This document shows, in pieces, positions 44,756 through 55,045 of a stretch of 64,000 nt of DNA. How positions within the stretch are numbered: the stretch's first letter is position 1; each line of letters starts with the position of its first letter. Below the pieces are notes generated by a model. That model had not been told where the DNA came from. It worked only from the letters and a program-made list of their open reading frames with translations, and did no database searches. A program made the position numbers and the translations under genes. The DNA is from an uncultured Acidobacteriaceae bacterium (GTDB lineage Bacteria > Acidobacteriota > Terriglobia > Terriglobales > Acidobacteriaceae): contig CAVTRJ010000016.1 of the NCBI GenBank assembly GCA_963737035.1, positions 47,783-111,782 of the forward strand, written 5' to 3'.

Positions 44756-46775
44756 AGCCGAAGAGAAACTCTTTCGTCCTGAGTTCTTTCACGCGGTCGC
44801 GCAACTTGGCGGCCTTCTCGAACTCAAACTTCTTTGCCGCTTCCCGCATGTCGGTTTCCAGTTTGGCAACGAAGGCATTTAGCTCCTGCTGACTGCTGAA
44901 CTCCGGCGTGGTTTCGTCCTGCTCGGTCATGTCGGCGTATTCGGCCTTTAGTATCTGTGCCAGTGACATGTCGATGGGGCGCAGGATGGATTCCGGCGTA
45001 ATGCCGTTCTCGATGTTGTAGGCCTCCTGGATGACACGGCGGCGTTCTGTCTCATCAATGGCGCGGCGCATGGAATCCGTCATCTTGTCCGCGTACAGAA
45101 TGGCGCGGCCGTTCAGGTTGCGGGCGGCGCGGCCGATGGTTTGAATCAGCGAGCCCTGCGAACGCAGGAAACCTTCCTTGTCCGCATCGAGAATGGCGAC
45201 CAGGGAAACCTCAGGGAGGTCGAGACCTTCGCGCAGGAGATTGATGCCGATGAGCACGTCGTATTCGCCCTTGCGCAGATCGCGCAGCAGGCGCACGCGT
45301 TCGAGGGTCTCAATTTCGGAATGCATGTAGCGGCATTTCACGCCGACTTCGGTGTAGTAGCCGGCCAGGTCTTCGGCCATGCGCTTGGTCAGCGTGGTGA
45401 CCAACACGCGCTCGTTTATGGCGGCACGCGCGCGAATTTCGGCGAGCAGGTCGTCGATCTGGCCCTTGATGGGCCGAATCTCGACTGGCGGATCGAGCAA
45501 GCCGGTAGGGCGGATGATCTGCTCAACCACGACACCGGAGGACTTGGTCAGCTCGTAGGGACCGGGAGTGGCCGAGACATAGAGAATCTGATTGGTGCGG
45601 GTTTCGAACTCGTCGAATTTGAGCGGACGATTGTCCATCGCCGAAGGCAGGCGGAAGCCGTAGTCGACGAGGTTCTGTTTGCGCGAGCGATCGCCGTGCC
45701 ACATGCCGTGGAGCTGCGGTACGGTAGCGTGGCTCTCGTCGACGAAGAGCAGGTAGTCGCGCGGGAAGTAGTCGAGCAGCGTGGGCGGCGCTTCGCCGGG
45801 CATGCGCCCGCTGAAGTGGCGTGAGTAGTTCTCGATTCCGTGACAGTAGCCGACGGACTTGATCATCTCCAGATCGAAGCGGGTTCGCTGATGGACGCGC
45901 TGCGCTTCGACCAGACGGCCCTGGCCTTCGAGCTCCTTTTCCCACCACTCGAGCTCGGCGAGGATGGAATCCATGGCGGATCGCTTGCGCTCGGGCTGGA
46001 CTACGTAGTGACTTTTCGGGTAGATGGGGAGGCGCGCGTATTTCTGCCGGACGGTGCCGAAGAGGGGATCGATCTGCGAGAGCCCTTCGATCTCATCGCC
46101 GAAGAGCTCGATGCGATAGGCCATCTCATCGTAGGTAGGGAAGACCTCGATGACATCGCCGCGGACGCGGAAGGTGCCGCGGCGAAAGTCGCCATCGTTG
46201 CGCTCGTAGAGTATTTCGACGAGCCGTTTGGTGATGTCTTCGCGCTTGATCTTCTGCCCGCGCTCGAGCAGCAGCAACATGCCGTAGTAGGCCTCCGGCG
46301 AGCCGAGGCCGTAGATGCAGCTTACGGAGGCGACGATGATGGCGTCGCGCCGTTCGAAGAGCGAACGCGTCGCGGAGAGCCGCAGCTTGTCCAGCTCCTC
46401 GTTGATGGTTGCTTCCTTCTCGATGTACAGATCGCCGGAGGGAATATAAGCCTCGGGCTGGTAGTAGTCGTAGTAGGAGACGAAGTATTCGACCGCGTTC
46501 GACGGAAAGAACTGCTTGAACTCGTGGAAGAGCTGCGCGGCGAGCGTCTTATTGTGCGCGAGGATGAGCGCGGGACGGTTCATCTCCTCGATGACCTTGG
46601 CCATGGTAAAGGTCTTGCCGGAACCGGTGACGCCGAGCAGCGTCTGGTGCTGCTCGCCGGCGGCGAGGCCGGCGAGGATCTCTTCGATGGCGCGGCCCTG
46701 GTCACCGCGCGGCTTGTAATCGCTGACGAGCTGAAAGTCCATTTGTTGACGTATCTCTTGCGAAGTCGTTGGCAT
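44754..46775 (-). CDS. uvrB: Excinuclease ABC subunit B
   Basis: Motifs are [12 protein letters not shown], the Walker [13 protein letters not shown], helicase motifs, and the C-terminal UVR domain [15 protein letters not shown]. The start is the ATG at 46775 or at 46742 (MDFQLVSDY). Confidence 0.95.
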   Translation of the reverse strand: MPTTSQEIRQQMDFQLVSDYKPRGDQGRAIEEILAGLAAGEQHQTLLGVTGSGKTFTMAKVIEEMNRPALILAHNKTLAAQLFHEFKQFFPSNAVEYFVSYYDYYQPEAYIPSGDLYIEKEATINEELDKLRLSATRSLFERRDAIIVASVSCIYGLGSPEAYYGMLLLLERGQKIKREDITKRLVEILYERNDGDFRRGTFRVRGDVIEVFPTYDEMAYRIELFGDEIEGLSQIDPLFGTVRQKYARLPIYPKSHYVVQPERKRSAMDSILAELEWWEKELEGQGRLVEAQRVHQRTRFDLEMIKSVGYCHGIENYSRHFSGRMPGEAPPTLLDYFPRDYLLFVDESHATVPQLHGMWHGDRSRKQNLVDYGFRLPSAMDNRPLKFDEFETRTNQILYVSATPGPYELTKSSGVVVEQIIRPTGLLDPPVEIRPIKGQIDDLLAEIRARAAINERVLVTTLTKRMAEDLAGYYTEVGVKCRYMHSEIETLERVRLLRDLRKGEYDVLIGINLLREGLDLPEVSLVAILDADKEGFLRSQGSLIQTIGRAARNLNGRAILYADKMTDSMRRAIDETERRRVIQEAYNIENGITPESILRPIDMSLAQILKAEYADMTEQDETTPEFSSQQELNAFVAKLETDMREAAKKFEFEKAAKLRDRVKELRTKEFLFG

Positions 46776-46780
46776 GATAG

Positions 46781-47749
46781 TTAGCACAGCTCGCGCAGCG
46801 GGCGCATCTGGTCGGCGGACCAGTTCTCCGGCATGAGCAGCAGATAGCGGCGCGGCGGCAGATACCACAGCAGCATGCGGGCCGCCTGCGCGGCGGTCTC
46901 CTGATCGGGGAACTCGGAGAACTTGCGCCCGATCACCAGATTGCGCGTCGGCGTCATCTGCGGATCGACGACCAGCGCGATCCGCGGGTCTTCCATCTTC
47001 CAGCCTTCGGTGAGGTGTCGGTAGAGCAGACGCGCCGTGTGTTTGGGCAGATAGTTTTCCGACGGCGAACCGACCATGACCTGCCGCTCGGTTTCGACGT
47101 CGGTCTTCTCGATCCCGCTATCCGGATCATTATCTTGGCCCCTGCCGCCGCTGTCTTGCCGCGGCCGCGCGGCGAGTTCGGAGACGTCCTCGGGATCGCC
47201 GTCCCAGGTGCCGTAGGCGCGCAGCGATTCGAGTATGCCGGTGGGGATCACGTATTCGGCTGCTTCCGGTGGATCGGTGTTGTTCTTGAAGAATGCGGCG
47301 CCCAATCCCTGTTCTGCCATGGAGACGAAGAGGTTGGAGAGGCAGTTGGTCTCCACCGCCTCACCGACCGGCGGCAGTTCGAGGCGGACGTAGGGCATGC
47401 CGTCGGGGCCGAGGAAGACGGGCTCGGTGGGAAGCACGATGGAGGCATTCCATGCCGCAGCCTGAAACTCATCCAGCCAGCGGCTGTCGCGTTGCTCGCG
47501 CGGAACTTCCATGCCTTGCGCGAGGCGGTTGGTGTCGTCCAGATTGAAACGCTCTCCGGGCACGGAGACGAAGCGGCGCCCCGGCGTTCCTGTGGGAAGA
47601 GCCGCGGGCGGGTCATCCTGCACCTCTTCATGCCGCTCCGGCAGCTCAGGCTCAGGAATCACAGATTGCGGGACCACCGGTTCTGCCGGAACATTCACCG
47701 GCGCGTCCGGATTGTATGGCGGCTTCTTCAGCCGATCGAAAAGACCCAT
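46781..47749 (-). CDS. Hypothetical protein (acidic, Pro-rich N-terminus; no recognised domain)
   Basis: The 322-aa ORF has GC3-rich codons and stops 5 nt before the first possible uvrB start. I recognise no motif. Confidence 0.6.
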   Translation of the reverse strand: MGLFDRLKKPPYNPDAPVNVPAEPVVPQSVIPEPELPERHEEVQDDPPAALPTGTPGRRFVSVPGERFNLDDTNRLAQGMEVPREQRDSRWLDEFQAAAWNASIVLPTEPVFLGPDGMPYVRLELPPVGEAVETNCLSNLFVSMAEQGLGAAFFKNNTDPPEAAEYVIPTGILESLRAYGTWDGDPEDVSELAARPRQDSGGRGQDNDPDSGIEKTDVETERQVMVGSPSENYLPKHTARLLYRHLTEGWKMEDPRIALVVDPQMTPTRNLVIGRKFSEFPDQETAAQAARMLLWYLPPRRYLLLMPENWSADQMRPLRELC

Positions 47750-47774
47750 AGCTCAATTGTATGGGTGTGCGACC

Positions 47775-48476
47775 TTATGCGTTTTGTGGAATGCCCATCG
47801 CCTCCAACCACTCGATGGGAGAGTCGACGAGGCAGTCGGGAGGCGCATCTGCGAGTGAGTGCGGCGCCAGGCCGAAGCGGCATCCAATGACGCTTGCGCC
47901 GACGTTGCGAGCGGTCAGGACATCGACATCGGAGTCGCCGATCATCAGCGTTTGTTCCGGCGTGGCGGCGGCCTCGCGCATCAGCGTTTCCAGGCCGAGC
48001 GGGTCGGGTTTCTTGGTTTCGAAGGAGTTGCCACCGTAGATACGGAAGCAGTGCGAGGACAGCCCGAGTACGGCGCAGATCTCCTCGGAAGGACGAATCG
48101 GCTTGTTGGTGAGGACGGCTATCCGGGTGTTCGGCAGGGCCGCTGTGATGGCTGCGAGCGCATCGAGCACGCCTGCGTAGACGTAGGTGTGGTCGAGCTT
48201 GTGGACGCGGTAGTAGCTGAGGAAGAAGGCGACAGCGTCGGTGACGATCTCTTCGTGCTCCGGATCGCCGAGCGCGCGGCGCACCAGCATGTGAACGCCG
48301 TCGCCGATGTAACTGGCAATGACTGCGTCCGGCAACGGATGGCGGCCCAGGTGGGCGAGGGTGGCGTTCACGCTGGCGACCAGGTCGGCGCGGGAGTCGA
48401 TGAGTGTGCCGTCGAGATCGAAGGCGATGAGGCGAAGAGAGGCTGGCGGGGGGAGCGGGCGGAGGCGCTCGATCAT
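47775..48476 (-). CDS. HAD-superfamily hydrolase (phosphoglycolate phosphatase-like)
   Basis: HAD motif I is IAFDLDGTLIDS, motif II is AVLTNK and motif IV is GDSDVD. Confidence 0.8.
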   Translation of the reverse strand: MIERLRPLPPPASLRLIAFDLDGTLIDSRADLVASVNATLAHLGRHPLPDAVIASYIGDGVHMLVRRALGDPEHEEIVTDAVAFFLSYYRVHKLDHTYVYAGVLDALAAITAALPNTRIAVLTNKPIRPSEEICAVLGLSSHCFRIYGGNSFETKKPDPLGLETLMREAAATPEQTLMIGDSDVDVLTARNVGASVIGCRFGLAPHSLADAPPDCLVDSPIEWLEAMGIPQNA

Positions 48477-48535
48477 TACGTCATGATAGAAGGGGGCCGC
48501 GAAGATGCGCTCCGCGGCCCTGACGTAATTTGCTT

Positions 48536-49405
48536 CTAGTGAATGCGGATGCTGCCGGAGCCGGTCTCCACTTTCACTGTGGGGCCGCCGCCGTTCACGT
48601 TGCCGGTGATGTGGTGGCGCTCCAGGCTGCCTTGCATGCTCATCGACTGGTCGACGTGGATCGAGCCCGAACCCGTCTCAGCATCCAACGTGAACTTCGA
48701 TCCGCCGAGGTTCAGGTCTATAGAGCCGGAACCGGTTTCGATTTTCCAATTGTCCGTCACTTGCCCTGCGGCGCTTACGTCACCCGAGCCGGTCTCCGCC
48801 TTCAGGGAGCCCTTCACACCAGTGATACGGATAGAGCCTGAACCCGTGCCGGCGATTACATTCCCTCCATTGCTGAAGTTGACGCGGACGTCTCCCGAGC
48901 CCGTCTGCAGGTAGCTGTCGCCGCCCAGATCATCCCCGTTAATGGTGCCGGATCCGGTTTCAAGACGGGTCCCCCCACCCATGGAAGCCGCTTTGACATC
49001 GCCCGATCCGGATTCGGCTTTGAGGTGCGTGTTTTTGGGCGCGGTGATGTCGTAGTCGATGGAGACGTGGTTGAACAAGCTCTCATGCGTCTGGCCGACG
49101 CGGATGGTGTTGCCGCTCTGCTGAATCGGCGGGTTATCCACGATCTTCTGCACCTGGTCCTCGCTCGATCCCATGCCAAAGCCGTGGTTTGCACGGACGT
49201 GGCCGATGATGTGCACCTGATTGTCCGAACCGGGGTTGACGTGCACATATCCGGAGCCGGTAGAGACCTCCAGTTGCACCGAGCCGTTCACGCTCAGGGT
49301 CTTGTCAAACGTTCCGTCGGAAGCCAGCGCCATGGCTGGAATTGCTAGTGCGGCTGCCGAGAGCGCCACTGCTCGCATTGCCGTCATCATTGTTGTCATT
49401 GTCAT
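48536..49405 (-). CDS. DUF4097-like putative adhesin / beta-helix repeat protein with signal peptide
   Basis: The signal is AVALSAAALAIPAMALA. The body has at least nine periodic (T/S)GSG(S/D)(I/V) repeats and ends ETGSGSIRIH. Confidence 0.7.
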   Translation of the reverse strand: MTMTTMMTAMRAVALSAAALAIPAMALASDGTFDKTLSVNGSVQLEVSTGSGYVHVNPGSDNQVHIIGHVRANHGFGMGSSEDQVQKIVDNPPIQQSGNTIRVGQTHESLFNHVSIDYDITAPKNTHLKAESGSGDVKAASMGGGTRLETGSGTINGDDLGGDSYLQTGSGDVRVNFSNGGNVIAGTGSGSIRITGVKGSLKAETGSGDVSAAGQVTDNWKIETGSGSIDLNLGGSKFTLDAETGSGSIHVDQSMSMQGSLERHHITGNVNGGGPTVKVETGSGSIRIH

Positions 49406-49422
49406 TCTCCCCTCTCACTGCG

Positions 49423-50646
49423 TTACTGCTGGAGGACCACCTTGTCGCCCTCTTTTAACCCGCTGGTGATCTCTGTGTTGCTGCCGTTTGCCAGGCCCAC
49501 TGTCACTGACACCTTGCGCATGCCATCCTTCGCCTTGGGATCGGGCACGTTTACAAATGCGTGCTTCTGCGCGTCGTAGCTGATCGCCTGCTCGGGCACG
49601 GCCAGGACGCTCTTGTGTTCGCTGATCAGAATCTCCGCGTTGGCCGTCATCATGGCCTTGATTTCGCCCGTTGGATTGTCGATGGAGACGCGCACGGCGA
49701 AGGTTGTCACGTTGTCCTTCTCCACCCCGAGTGGGGCGATGCGCGTGACCTTGCCGTAGAAGATGCGGTTCTTGAAGGACTCGATACGAATGCGGGCAGG
49801 CTGTCCCATATAGACGTTGCCGATATCGGCTTCATCCACCTTGCCGTCCACGTACACCTGGCTGGTGTCGCCGAGCGTGAAGATCAGCGTAGCGGTGGAG
49901 CCGAGTACAAGTATGGAACTGACCGCGTCGCCCACTTCTACATCGCGAGAGAGAACGACGCCATCGATGGGAGAGGTAACGGTGGTATAGCTCAATTGTT
50001 CTTCGAGCTGTCTCAGGCTGGCTTCGCTTTCGGCTACCTGGGCCTGTGCCTGCTGCAGCTTGGCGCGATCCACTGCGACCGTGGCGACGGCCGTACGCTG
50101 CTTGTTCAGGTTCGAAAGATAATCGCGGTTGGCGTCGTCCAGCGCTTGCTGGCTTACCACGCCCGCGGCCTTCATTTCCTGGTTGCGTCGGAGAGTCGCC
50201 GCGTACATGGGCAGGTCTGGCGCTCTTGCGGTGACCTCATCCTGCGTAATGTCGGCCTCAGCCGTCTTTACGTTGGCCTGGGCGGCCTGCAGCGTGGCGC
50301 GCTGGGCAGCTACCTGCGCAAGGATTTCCACCTGGTCCAGCTGGGCCAGCACCTGGCCCCGGTGCACGCGGGCGTTCGCGTCCACGTACCATTTCTCGAC
50401 GATGCCGCTGGCCTTCGATTTCACCTCGACCTTGGTGATGGGCTGCACTTTGCCGGTGGCTACGACACTCTTGGCGATGTCCATGCGGGTGACGGAAGCG
50501 ATCCGGCTGCCATCGATTTTTGTGCCGCTGCTGTGGGCCACAACGGCCGCAACGAGAACGACGAGGGCGACCAGCGCACCGAGTGAGCCCCACAACCAGA
50601 ACCGTCTGCGCTTTCGAGCCGCCACAACCCCTCCGTTCGGGGACAC
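49423..50646 (-). CDS. HlyD/MacA-type periplasmic adaptor (membrane fusion protein)
   Basis: An N-terminal TM anchor is followed by the lipoyl-like GIVEKWYVDANARVHRGQVLAQLD, a long coiled coil and a beta-barrel. No cognate ABC or RND pump gene is adjacent. Confidence 0.8.
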   Translation of the reverse strand: MSPNGGVVAARKRRRFWLWGSLGALVALVVLVAAVVAHSSGTKIDGSRIASVTRMDIAKSVVATGKVQPITKVEVKSKASGIVEKWYVDANARVHRGQVLAQLDQVEILAQVAAQRATLQAAQANVKTAEADITQDEVTARAPDLPMYAATLRRNQEMKAAGVVSQQALDDANRDYLSNLNKQRTAVATVAVDRAKLQQAQAQVAESEASLRQLEEQLSYTTVTSPIDGVVLSRDVEVGDAVSSILVLGSTATLIFTLGDTSQVYVDGKVDEADIGNVYMGQPARIRIESFKNRIFYGKVTRIAPLGVEKDNVTTFAVRVSIDNPTGEIKAMMTANAEILISEHKSVLAVPEQAISYDAQKHAFVNVPDPKAKDGMRKVSVTVGLANGSNTEITSGLKEGDKVVLQQ

Positions 50647-50745
50647 ACGGCCCCGCTCACACTATGCTACGCACCGGTCAGGAAAAAGGTTCCAGCGAGG
50701 ACAATTTCGCTGCTATCGGTCTTTTCGGCCGGAGGTGCAAATTCC

Positions 50746-51423
50746 TCAGGCGGCTAGAGTGCCGTGTCGCTGCGGTGAGAAGCGGCCAGCCTCGCGGCGT
50801 ATCGAGAGCGCCTGCAGGCCAAGGTTGACCACGGAGGCATACACGATGATTTTCTGCGCGCCGACCTGGAACTCCAGGCCGCTTTGCGAGTCCAGCGCGG
50901 GGCCGAAGAAGAGAATGCCGACGTAGGCAATGAGCAGCAGCAGATAGGCGGCATTGGCGGTAACGTATGCAGACGGCCAGCGATTGCGAAGCTGAATCAC
51001 CAGCAGGCACAGATCGTAGGCCAACAGGAAGCCAAAGGCAGCGCGGACGAAGCCGTTATGGGCGTCCAGCACCAGATTCCAGGGAGTGGCGGCGATGCCG
51101 ACGAAGCCCAATCCGGCGACGATCTCGAAGGCCTGCGAGGCGAGTCCCAGGCCACGCGCAGCCTTCTGTCGTGCGACGATCACCTTCCAGTTGGAGGAGG
51201 CCAGGATGAGCGCGATTCCGACGGTTCCCAGGGCGATGGCGAGCAGGATGTGCGACGCGAGATTGGGCCGTCCGGAGGGTGTGACAGTGGCGCCCAGGTC
51301 GCTGAAGAAGTTGCGGAAGAAGAGATAGTGGTTTGCCTCGCGCTCGTACACGGCACCGCCGGGGTAGATGAGCATGGCGATGGCCGTGAGCAGGACAAAC
51401 TGGATGCTGGCGTAGATCAGCAC
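50746..51423 (-). CDS. Hypothetical polytopic membrane protein
   Basis: The 225-aa ORF has a GTG start and about six hydrophobic helices (LIYASIQFVLLTAIAMLIYPGG...). The family is not recognised and the N-terminus is uncertain. Confidence 0.5.
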   Translation of the reverse strand: MLIYASIQFVLLTAIAMLIYPGGAVYEREANHYLFFRNFFSDLGATVTPSGRPNLASHILLAIALGTVGIALILASSNWKVIVARQKAARGLGLASQAFEIVAGLGFVGIAATPWNLVLDAHNGFVRAAFGFLLAYDLCLLVIQLRNRWPSAYVTANAAYLLLLIAYVGILFFGPALDSQSGLEFQVGAQKIIVYASVVNLGLQALSIRREAGRFSPQRHGTLAA

Positions 51424-51556
51424 GAGCGCCCGCCACGCCCTGACCGCGAACTTCCGATTCCGGCTCGTCCATGCAGGTCTCCTGTGGTCTGGCAGCGGCC
51501 GCGGCTGACCGATGATAACCGGCAGGTAGTTGGCAAGGCTGCTTTACCCTATCTCC

Positions 51557-52939
51557 ATGGTTCATTGGACACTCTTCCACGGCGTTGCCATCATCGGCCT
51601 GGTTCTGGCGAATGGCTTCTTTGTCGCGGCAGAGTTCGCGCTGGTGAGCCTTCGCGCCACCCGGGTGGAGCAGTTGCTGGCGGAGTCCCGCCCCGGGGCC
51701 CGCGCCGTTGCCCAGCTGCGTGGTTCGCTCAACGCCACGCTCTCAGCAGTGCAGTTCGGGGTGACGGTGGCCAGCCTGGCGCTGGGCTGGCTGGGCGAAC
51801 CGGTGGTGGCGCCGTTGTTCGAAAAGCCGCTGCATGCGCTTCCTCACGCAGCATTGTTCGCCCATGCCGTCAGCGCCGGCCTCGCGTTTGCGTGCATTAC
51901 CTACCTTGAGGTCATTGTGGGCGAGCTGGTGCCCAAGTCGCTGGCGCTGCGCCGGCCCGAGCAGCTTGCACTCGGTGTCGCTCCGCCGATGCTGGTGTTC
52001 ATTCGGGTGACTCGGCCTTTTGTGTTGTTCATGAACAGCTCGGCAACCCTGGTCCTGAGGATGTTTCACTCCATCGCTGTGACTGAGGAGCCGGTGCATT
52101 CAGCTGATGAGCTGAAGCTGATGGCGACGGCAACGCGGCGCCAGGGCTTGCTGCCGCCGTACCAAGAATCGCTGATCCACCGAGCGGTGGAGCTGAATAC
52201 GATCGTCGCGCGCGAGATCATGACGCCCCGGCAGCGCATCTTCTCTCTGCCGGCGACGATGCCGGTGGAAGAGGCGAGCGCCCGGATCGTTGAGGAGCAG
52301 CACTCACGCATCCCTATCTACGATCCCGAGCGAGGGCCGGAACATATTGTCGGCGTGGTCTATTCCAAGGATGTGTCGCGGCTGATGCATTTTGCTTTCG
52401 AACGCGCGGGAAGCGGTCAGCGGCCATCGCGCGGATTGCAACTGGGACAGATCATGCGCGACATCCTGGTGGTGCCGGAGACCAAGCCGGTGCCGGACCT
52501 GCTGCATGAATTTCAGGAGCGCCGCCGGCATCTGGCGATCGTGGTGGATGAGCATGGCTCGACGGTGGGGCTGGTGACGGTGGAGGATGCACTGGAACAG
52601 CTTGTCGGTGAGATGGAGGATGAGTTCGATGTGGGGTTGCGGCGCGCTGCACGGATGCCGGCTGAGGCGTTCTATATGGACGGCAGTGTGAATTTGCGCG
52701 ACCTGGAAACGCAGATGCACTGGTATCTGCCGCGCGATGGAGGCGTAGAGACGCTGGCTGGTTTCTTGCTGACCCAACTGGGGCACATTCCCACAGAAGG
52801 GGAGAGCGTGGATTTTGGCGGACGCCGCTACACTGTTGCCGAGATGAGTGGACACCGCATCAGCCGCGTGCGCATCGAGCCGGTTCCGTCCAAAGCTGCG
52901 GCCCATGCGGGCACGGCGCCGGCGCGAGGAGGCGCATGA
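51557..52939 (+). CDS. CNNM/TlyC-family protein (DUF21 membrane domain + CBS pair + CorC_HlyC domain)
   Basis: The start MVHWTLFHGVAIIGLVLANGFFVAAEFALVS marks the DUF21 domain. The CBS region is IMTPRQRIF...RIPIYD and the C-terminus is RRYTVAEMSGHRISRVRI. It overlaps the next gene by ATGA. Confidence 0.85.
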   Translation: MVHWTLFHGVAIIGLVLANGFFVAAEFALVSLRATRVEQLLAESRPGARAVAQLRGSLNATLSAVQFGVTVASLALGWLGEPVVAPLFEKPLHALPHAALFAHAVSAGLAFACITYLEVIVGELVPKSLALRRPEQLALGVAPPMLVFIRVTRPFVLFMNSSATLVLRMFHSIAVTEEPVHSADELKLMATATRRQGLLPPYQESLIHRAVELNTIVAREIMTPRQRIFSLPATMPVEEASARIVEEQHSRIPIYDPERGPEHIVGVVYSKDVSRLMHFAFERAGSGQRPSRGLQLGQIMRDILVVPETKPVPDLLHEFQERRRHLAIVVDEHGSTVGLVTVEDALEQLVGEMEDEFDVGLRRAARMPAEAFYMDGSVNLRDLETQMHWYLPRDGGVETLAGFLLTQLGHIPTEGESVDFGGRRYTVAEMSGHRISRVRIEPVPSKAAAHAGTAPARGGA

Positions 52940-53859
52940 AGCTGCTGCCCGCGTTGGGCCGCCGACTGCTGTACACACTCCCTGTTGTCTGGCTGGTGGT
53001 CTCGCTGGTCTTTCTGCTGATTCACCTTGTACCAGGCGATCCCGTGGCGCAGATGCTCGGCGAAGGCGCCACACCGACAGATCTGGATGCGCTGCGACAT
53101 CAGTACGGACTCGATCTGCCGCTGAGCCAGCAGTATCTTCACTACTGGCACGGAGTGCTGCACGGAGACCTCGGTCATTCGCTGCGGCTGAACGATTCTG
53201 TGACGCACCTCATCCTGCAGCGATATCCATACACGCTGGAGCTGACGCTTGCGGCGCTGGTGATTGCGCTGGTAGCTGCGATTCCTGCCGGCATTCTTGC
53301 CGCACTGCATCGCGGCAAGTGGCGCGACAATACGGTTGGCGTGGTCTCGCTCTTCGGGCTGTCATTTCCCGCGTTCGCTATGGGACCGATCGCAATCCTG
53401 CTGATTTCGATCAAACTGGGATGGCTGCCAGTATCGGGCGCAGGATCGCTGGCGCATCTGGTGCTTCCGGCGATCACGATGGGCTCCGGGCTGGCCGCTA
53501 TACTGACCCGGATGGTCCGCACCGCGATGCTCGAAGAGCTGGGCCAGGATTACGTTCGCACGGCGCGTGCCAAAGGGTTGCCGGAGCGGACAGTGCTCTA
53601 TCGTCATGCGCTGCGCAATGCGCTGATTCCGATTGTGACGCTTGTGGGCCTGCAATTCGGAGCGCTGCTGGCGGGGGCGATCGTGACGGAGACTATCTTC
53701 AGTTGGCCGGGTGTGGGGCGGCTGACGATCACGGCTATTTCCAATCGCGACTACGCGCTGGTGCAGGGCTGCATTCTGGCTGTTGGATTGACTTACATCC
53801 TGGTGAATCTTGCGACGGACATTCTTTACGCCGTCCTGAATCCACGCATTCGGGCCTGA
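52936..53859 (+). CDS. ABC transporter permease, DppB/OppB type (peptide/nickel family)
   Basis: The N-terminus is LLYTLPVVWLVVSLVFLLIHLVPGDPV and the EAA-like loop is YVRTARAKGLPERTVLYRHALRNALIP. Confidence 0.85.
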   Translation: MKLLPALGRRLLYTLPVVWLVVSLVFLLIHLVPGDPVAQMLGEGATPTDLDALRHQYGLDLPLSQQYLHYWHGVLHGDLGHSLRLNDSVTHLILQRYPYTLELTLAALVIALVAAIPAGILAALHRGKWRDNTVGVVSLFGLSFPAFAMGPIAILLISIKLGWLPVSGAGSLAHLVLPAITMGSGLAAILTRMVRTAMLEELGQDYVRTARAKGLPERTVLYRHALRNALIPIVTLVGLQFGALLAGAIVTETIFSWPGVGRLTITAISNRDYALVQGCILAVGLTYILVNLATDILYAVLNPRIRA

Positions 53860-53914
53860 GTGGCTCAGGCTTCGCCGCTCTGCATCTCATAGTTCTCAGT
53901 ACAGGAGATTCACG

Positions 53915-55039
53915 ATGAACATCCGGGAGGCGCTGGGGCTCGCGCCGAAGAAGAAGATTCGTTACGGCTTTATTGCGCTGGGCGACATCGCGCAGGAGGC
54001 GATGCTTCCGGCGGTGGAGCACACGGGTAACTCATCGATTGCTGCGCTGGTGACCAGCGATCCGGTGAAGGCGGGTCGGCTGGCGGAGCGCTATAACGTC
54101 GAGCACACTTACAGTTATGAGCAATTTCCCGAGATGCTTGCATCCGGGAATGTCGATGCGGTTTACATCGCGACACCGAACTGGCGCCACGCTGAGTTCG
54201 TGTTGCCCGCGCTGGCTGCCGGCGTCCATGTGCTGGTGGAGAAGCCGCTCGAAATCGACAGCGCGCGCTGCCAGCAGATTCTGGATGCGGAGAAGTCGTC
54301 CAAGGCAAAGCTGATGGTGGCCTACCGGTTGCACTTCGAGCCCGCGACGGTGGCCGCCATCGAGCGCGTGCGCAACGGCGAGCTGGGGCAGGTGCATCTG
54401 TTCACGTCGATTTTTGCGCAAATGGTGGACCCGGCGAATCATCGAGCGAAGACGGAGGCAGCTGGGCCGGTGCTCGATATGGCGCCGTATCCGGTGAATG
54501 CGGTACGCAATTTGTTTGGCGCGGAGCCGACGGAGGTGTCGGCCTTCGGATCACGGCATGCAGAATCGGGCCTGGGCGATTTCGATGACACGGTGACGGT
54601 GATGCTGCGCTTTTCCGAGGGCCGGCTTGCGCAGTTCGTCGTCTCCTACTATGGCAATGCGATCGATACGTATACGGTGCTCGGCACGAAAGGTGCACTG
54701 CAGGTGCAGCCGGGCTACATCTACGGCAAGCCGCTGGAGCACATCCTGACAATCGGCGACAAAAAGGACAACGTCAGTTACAAAAACACCGACCACTTCG
54801 GCGGCGAGATGAAGTATTTCTCCGATTGCATTCTGCATGACATCGATCCGGAGCCGGATGCGGAAGAGGGTCTGGCAGATGTGCGGGTTCTGGAGGCGAT
54901 CGAGCGCTCGCTAAAGACGGGAGAGGTGCAGAAGCTGGCGCCCTTTGCCCGTTCGAAACACATCGATCCTGATCAGGTTGTGCGGCTTGGTGCGCTGAAA
55001 CCGCCGGAGCCGGTGCATGCTTCGAGTCCGGACCGATGA
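53915..55039 (+). CDS. Cytoplasmic Gfo/Idh/MocA-family oxidoreductase
   Basis: The Rossmann region is IRYGFIALGDIAQ, followed by VYIATPNWRHAEF and EKPL. There is no signal peptide. Confidence 0.8.
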   Translation: MNIREALGLAPKKKIRYGFIALGDIAQEAMLPAVEHTGNSSIAALVTSDPVKAGRLAERYNVEHTYSYEQFPEMLASGNVDAVYIATPNWRHAEFVLPALAAGVHVLVEKPLEIDSARCQQILDAEKSSKAKLMVAYRLHFEPATVAAIERVRNGELGQVHLFTSIFAQMVDPANHRAKTEAAGPVLDMAPYPVNAVRNLFGAEPTEVSAFGSRHAESGLGDFDDTVTVMLRFSEGRLAQFVVSYYGNAIDTYTVLGTKGALQVQPGYIYGKPLEHILTIGDKKDNVSYKNTDHFGGEMKYFSDCILHDIDPEPDAEEGLADVRVLEAIERSLKTGEVQKLAPFARSKHIDPDQVVRLGALKPPEPVHASSPDR

Positions 55040-55045
55040 GTGCTG

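Noticed and set aside
48536-49405. Periodic DNA repeats (…CCGGAGCCGGT… about every 60-70 nt) that could suggest a repeat array or CRISPR.
   Set aside because: The repeats are imperfect, lie in-frame, and encode the GSG(S/D)(I/V) turns of a beta-helix protein. There are no unique spacers of constant length and no cas genes.
51424-51480. A possible fourth frameshift at the 5' end of the membrane-protein gene. An out-of-frame ATG (MDEPESE…) lies upstream, and the in-frame upstream codons encode a plausible basic N-terminus (RNRKFAVRAWRA).
   Set aside because: The GTG at 51423 is a legitimate start, and the evidence is only suggestive. It cannot be decided without orthologue alignment.
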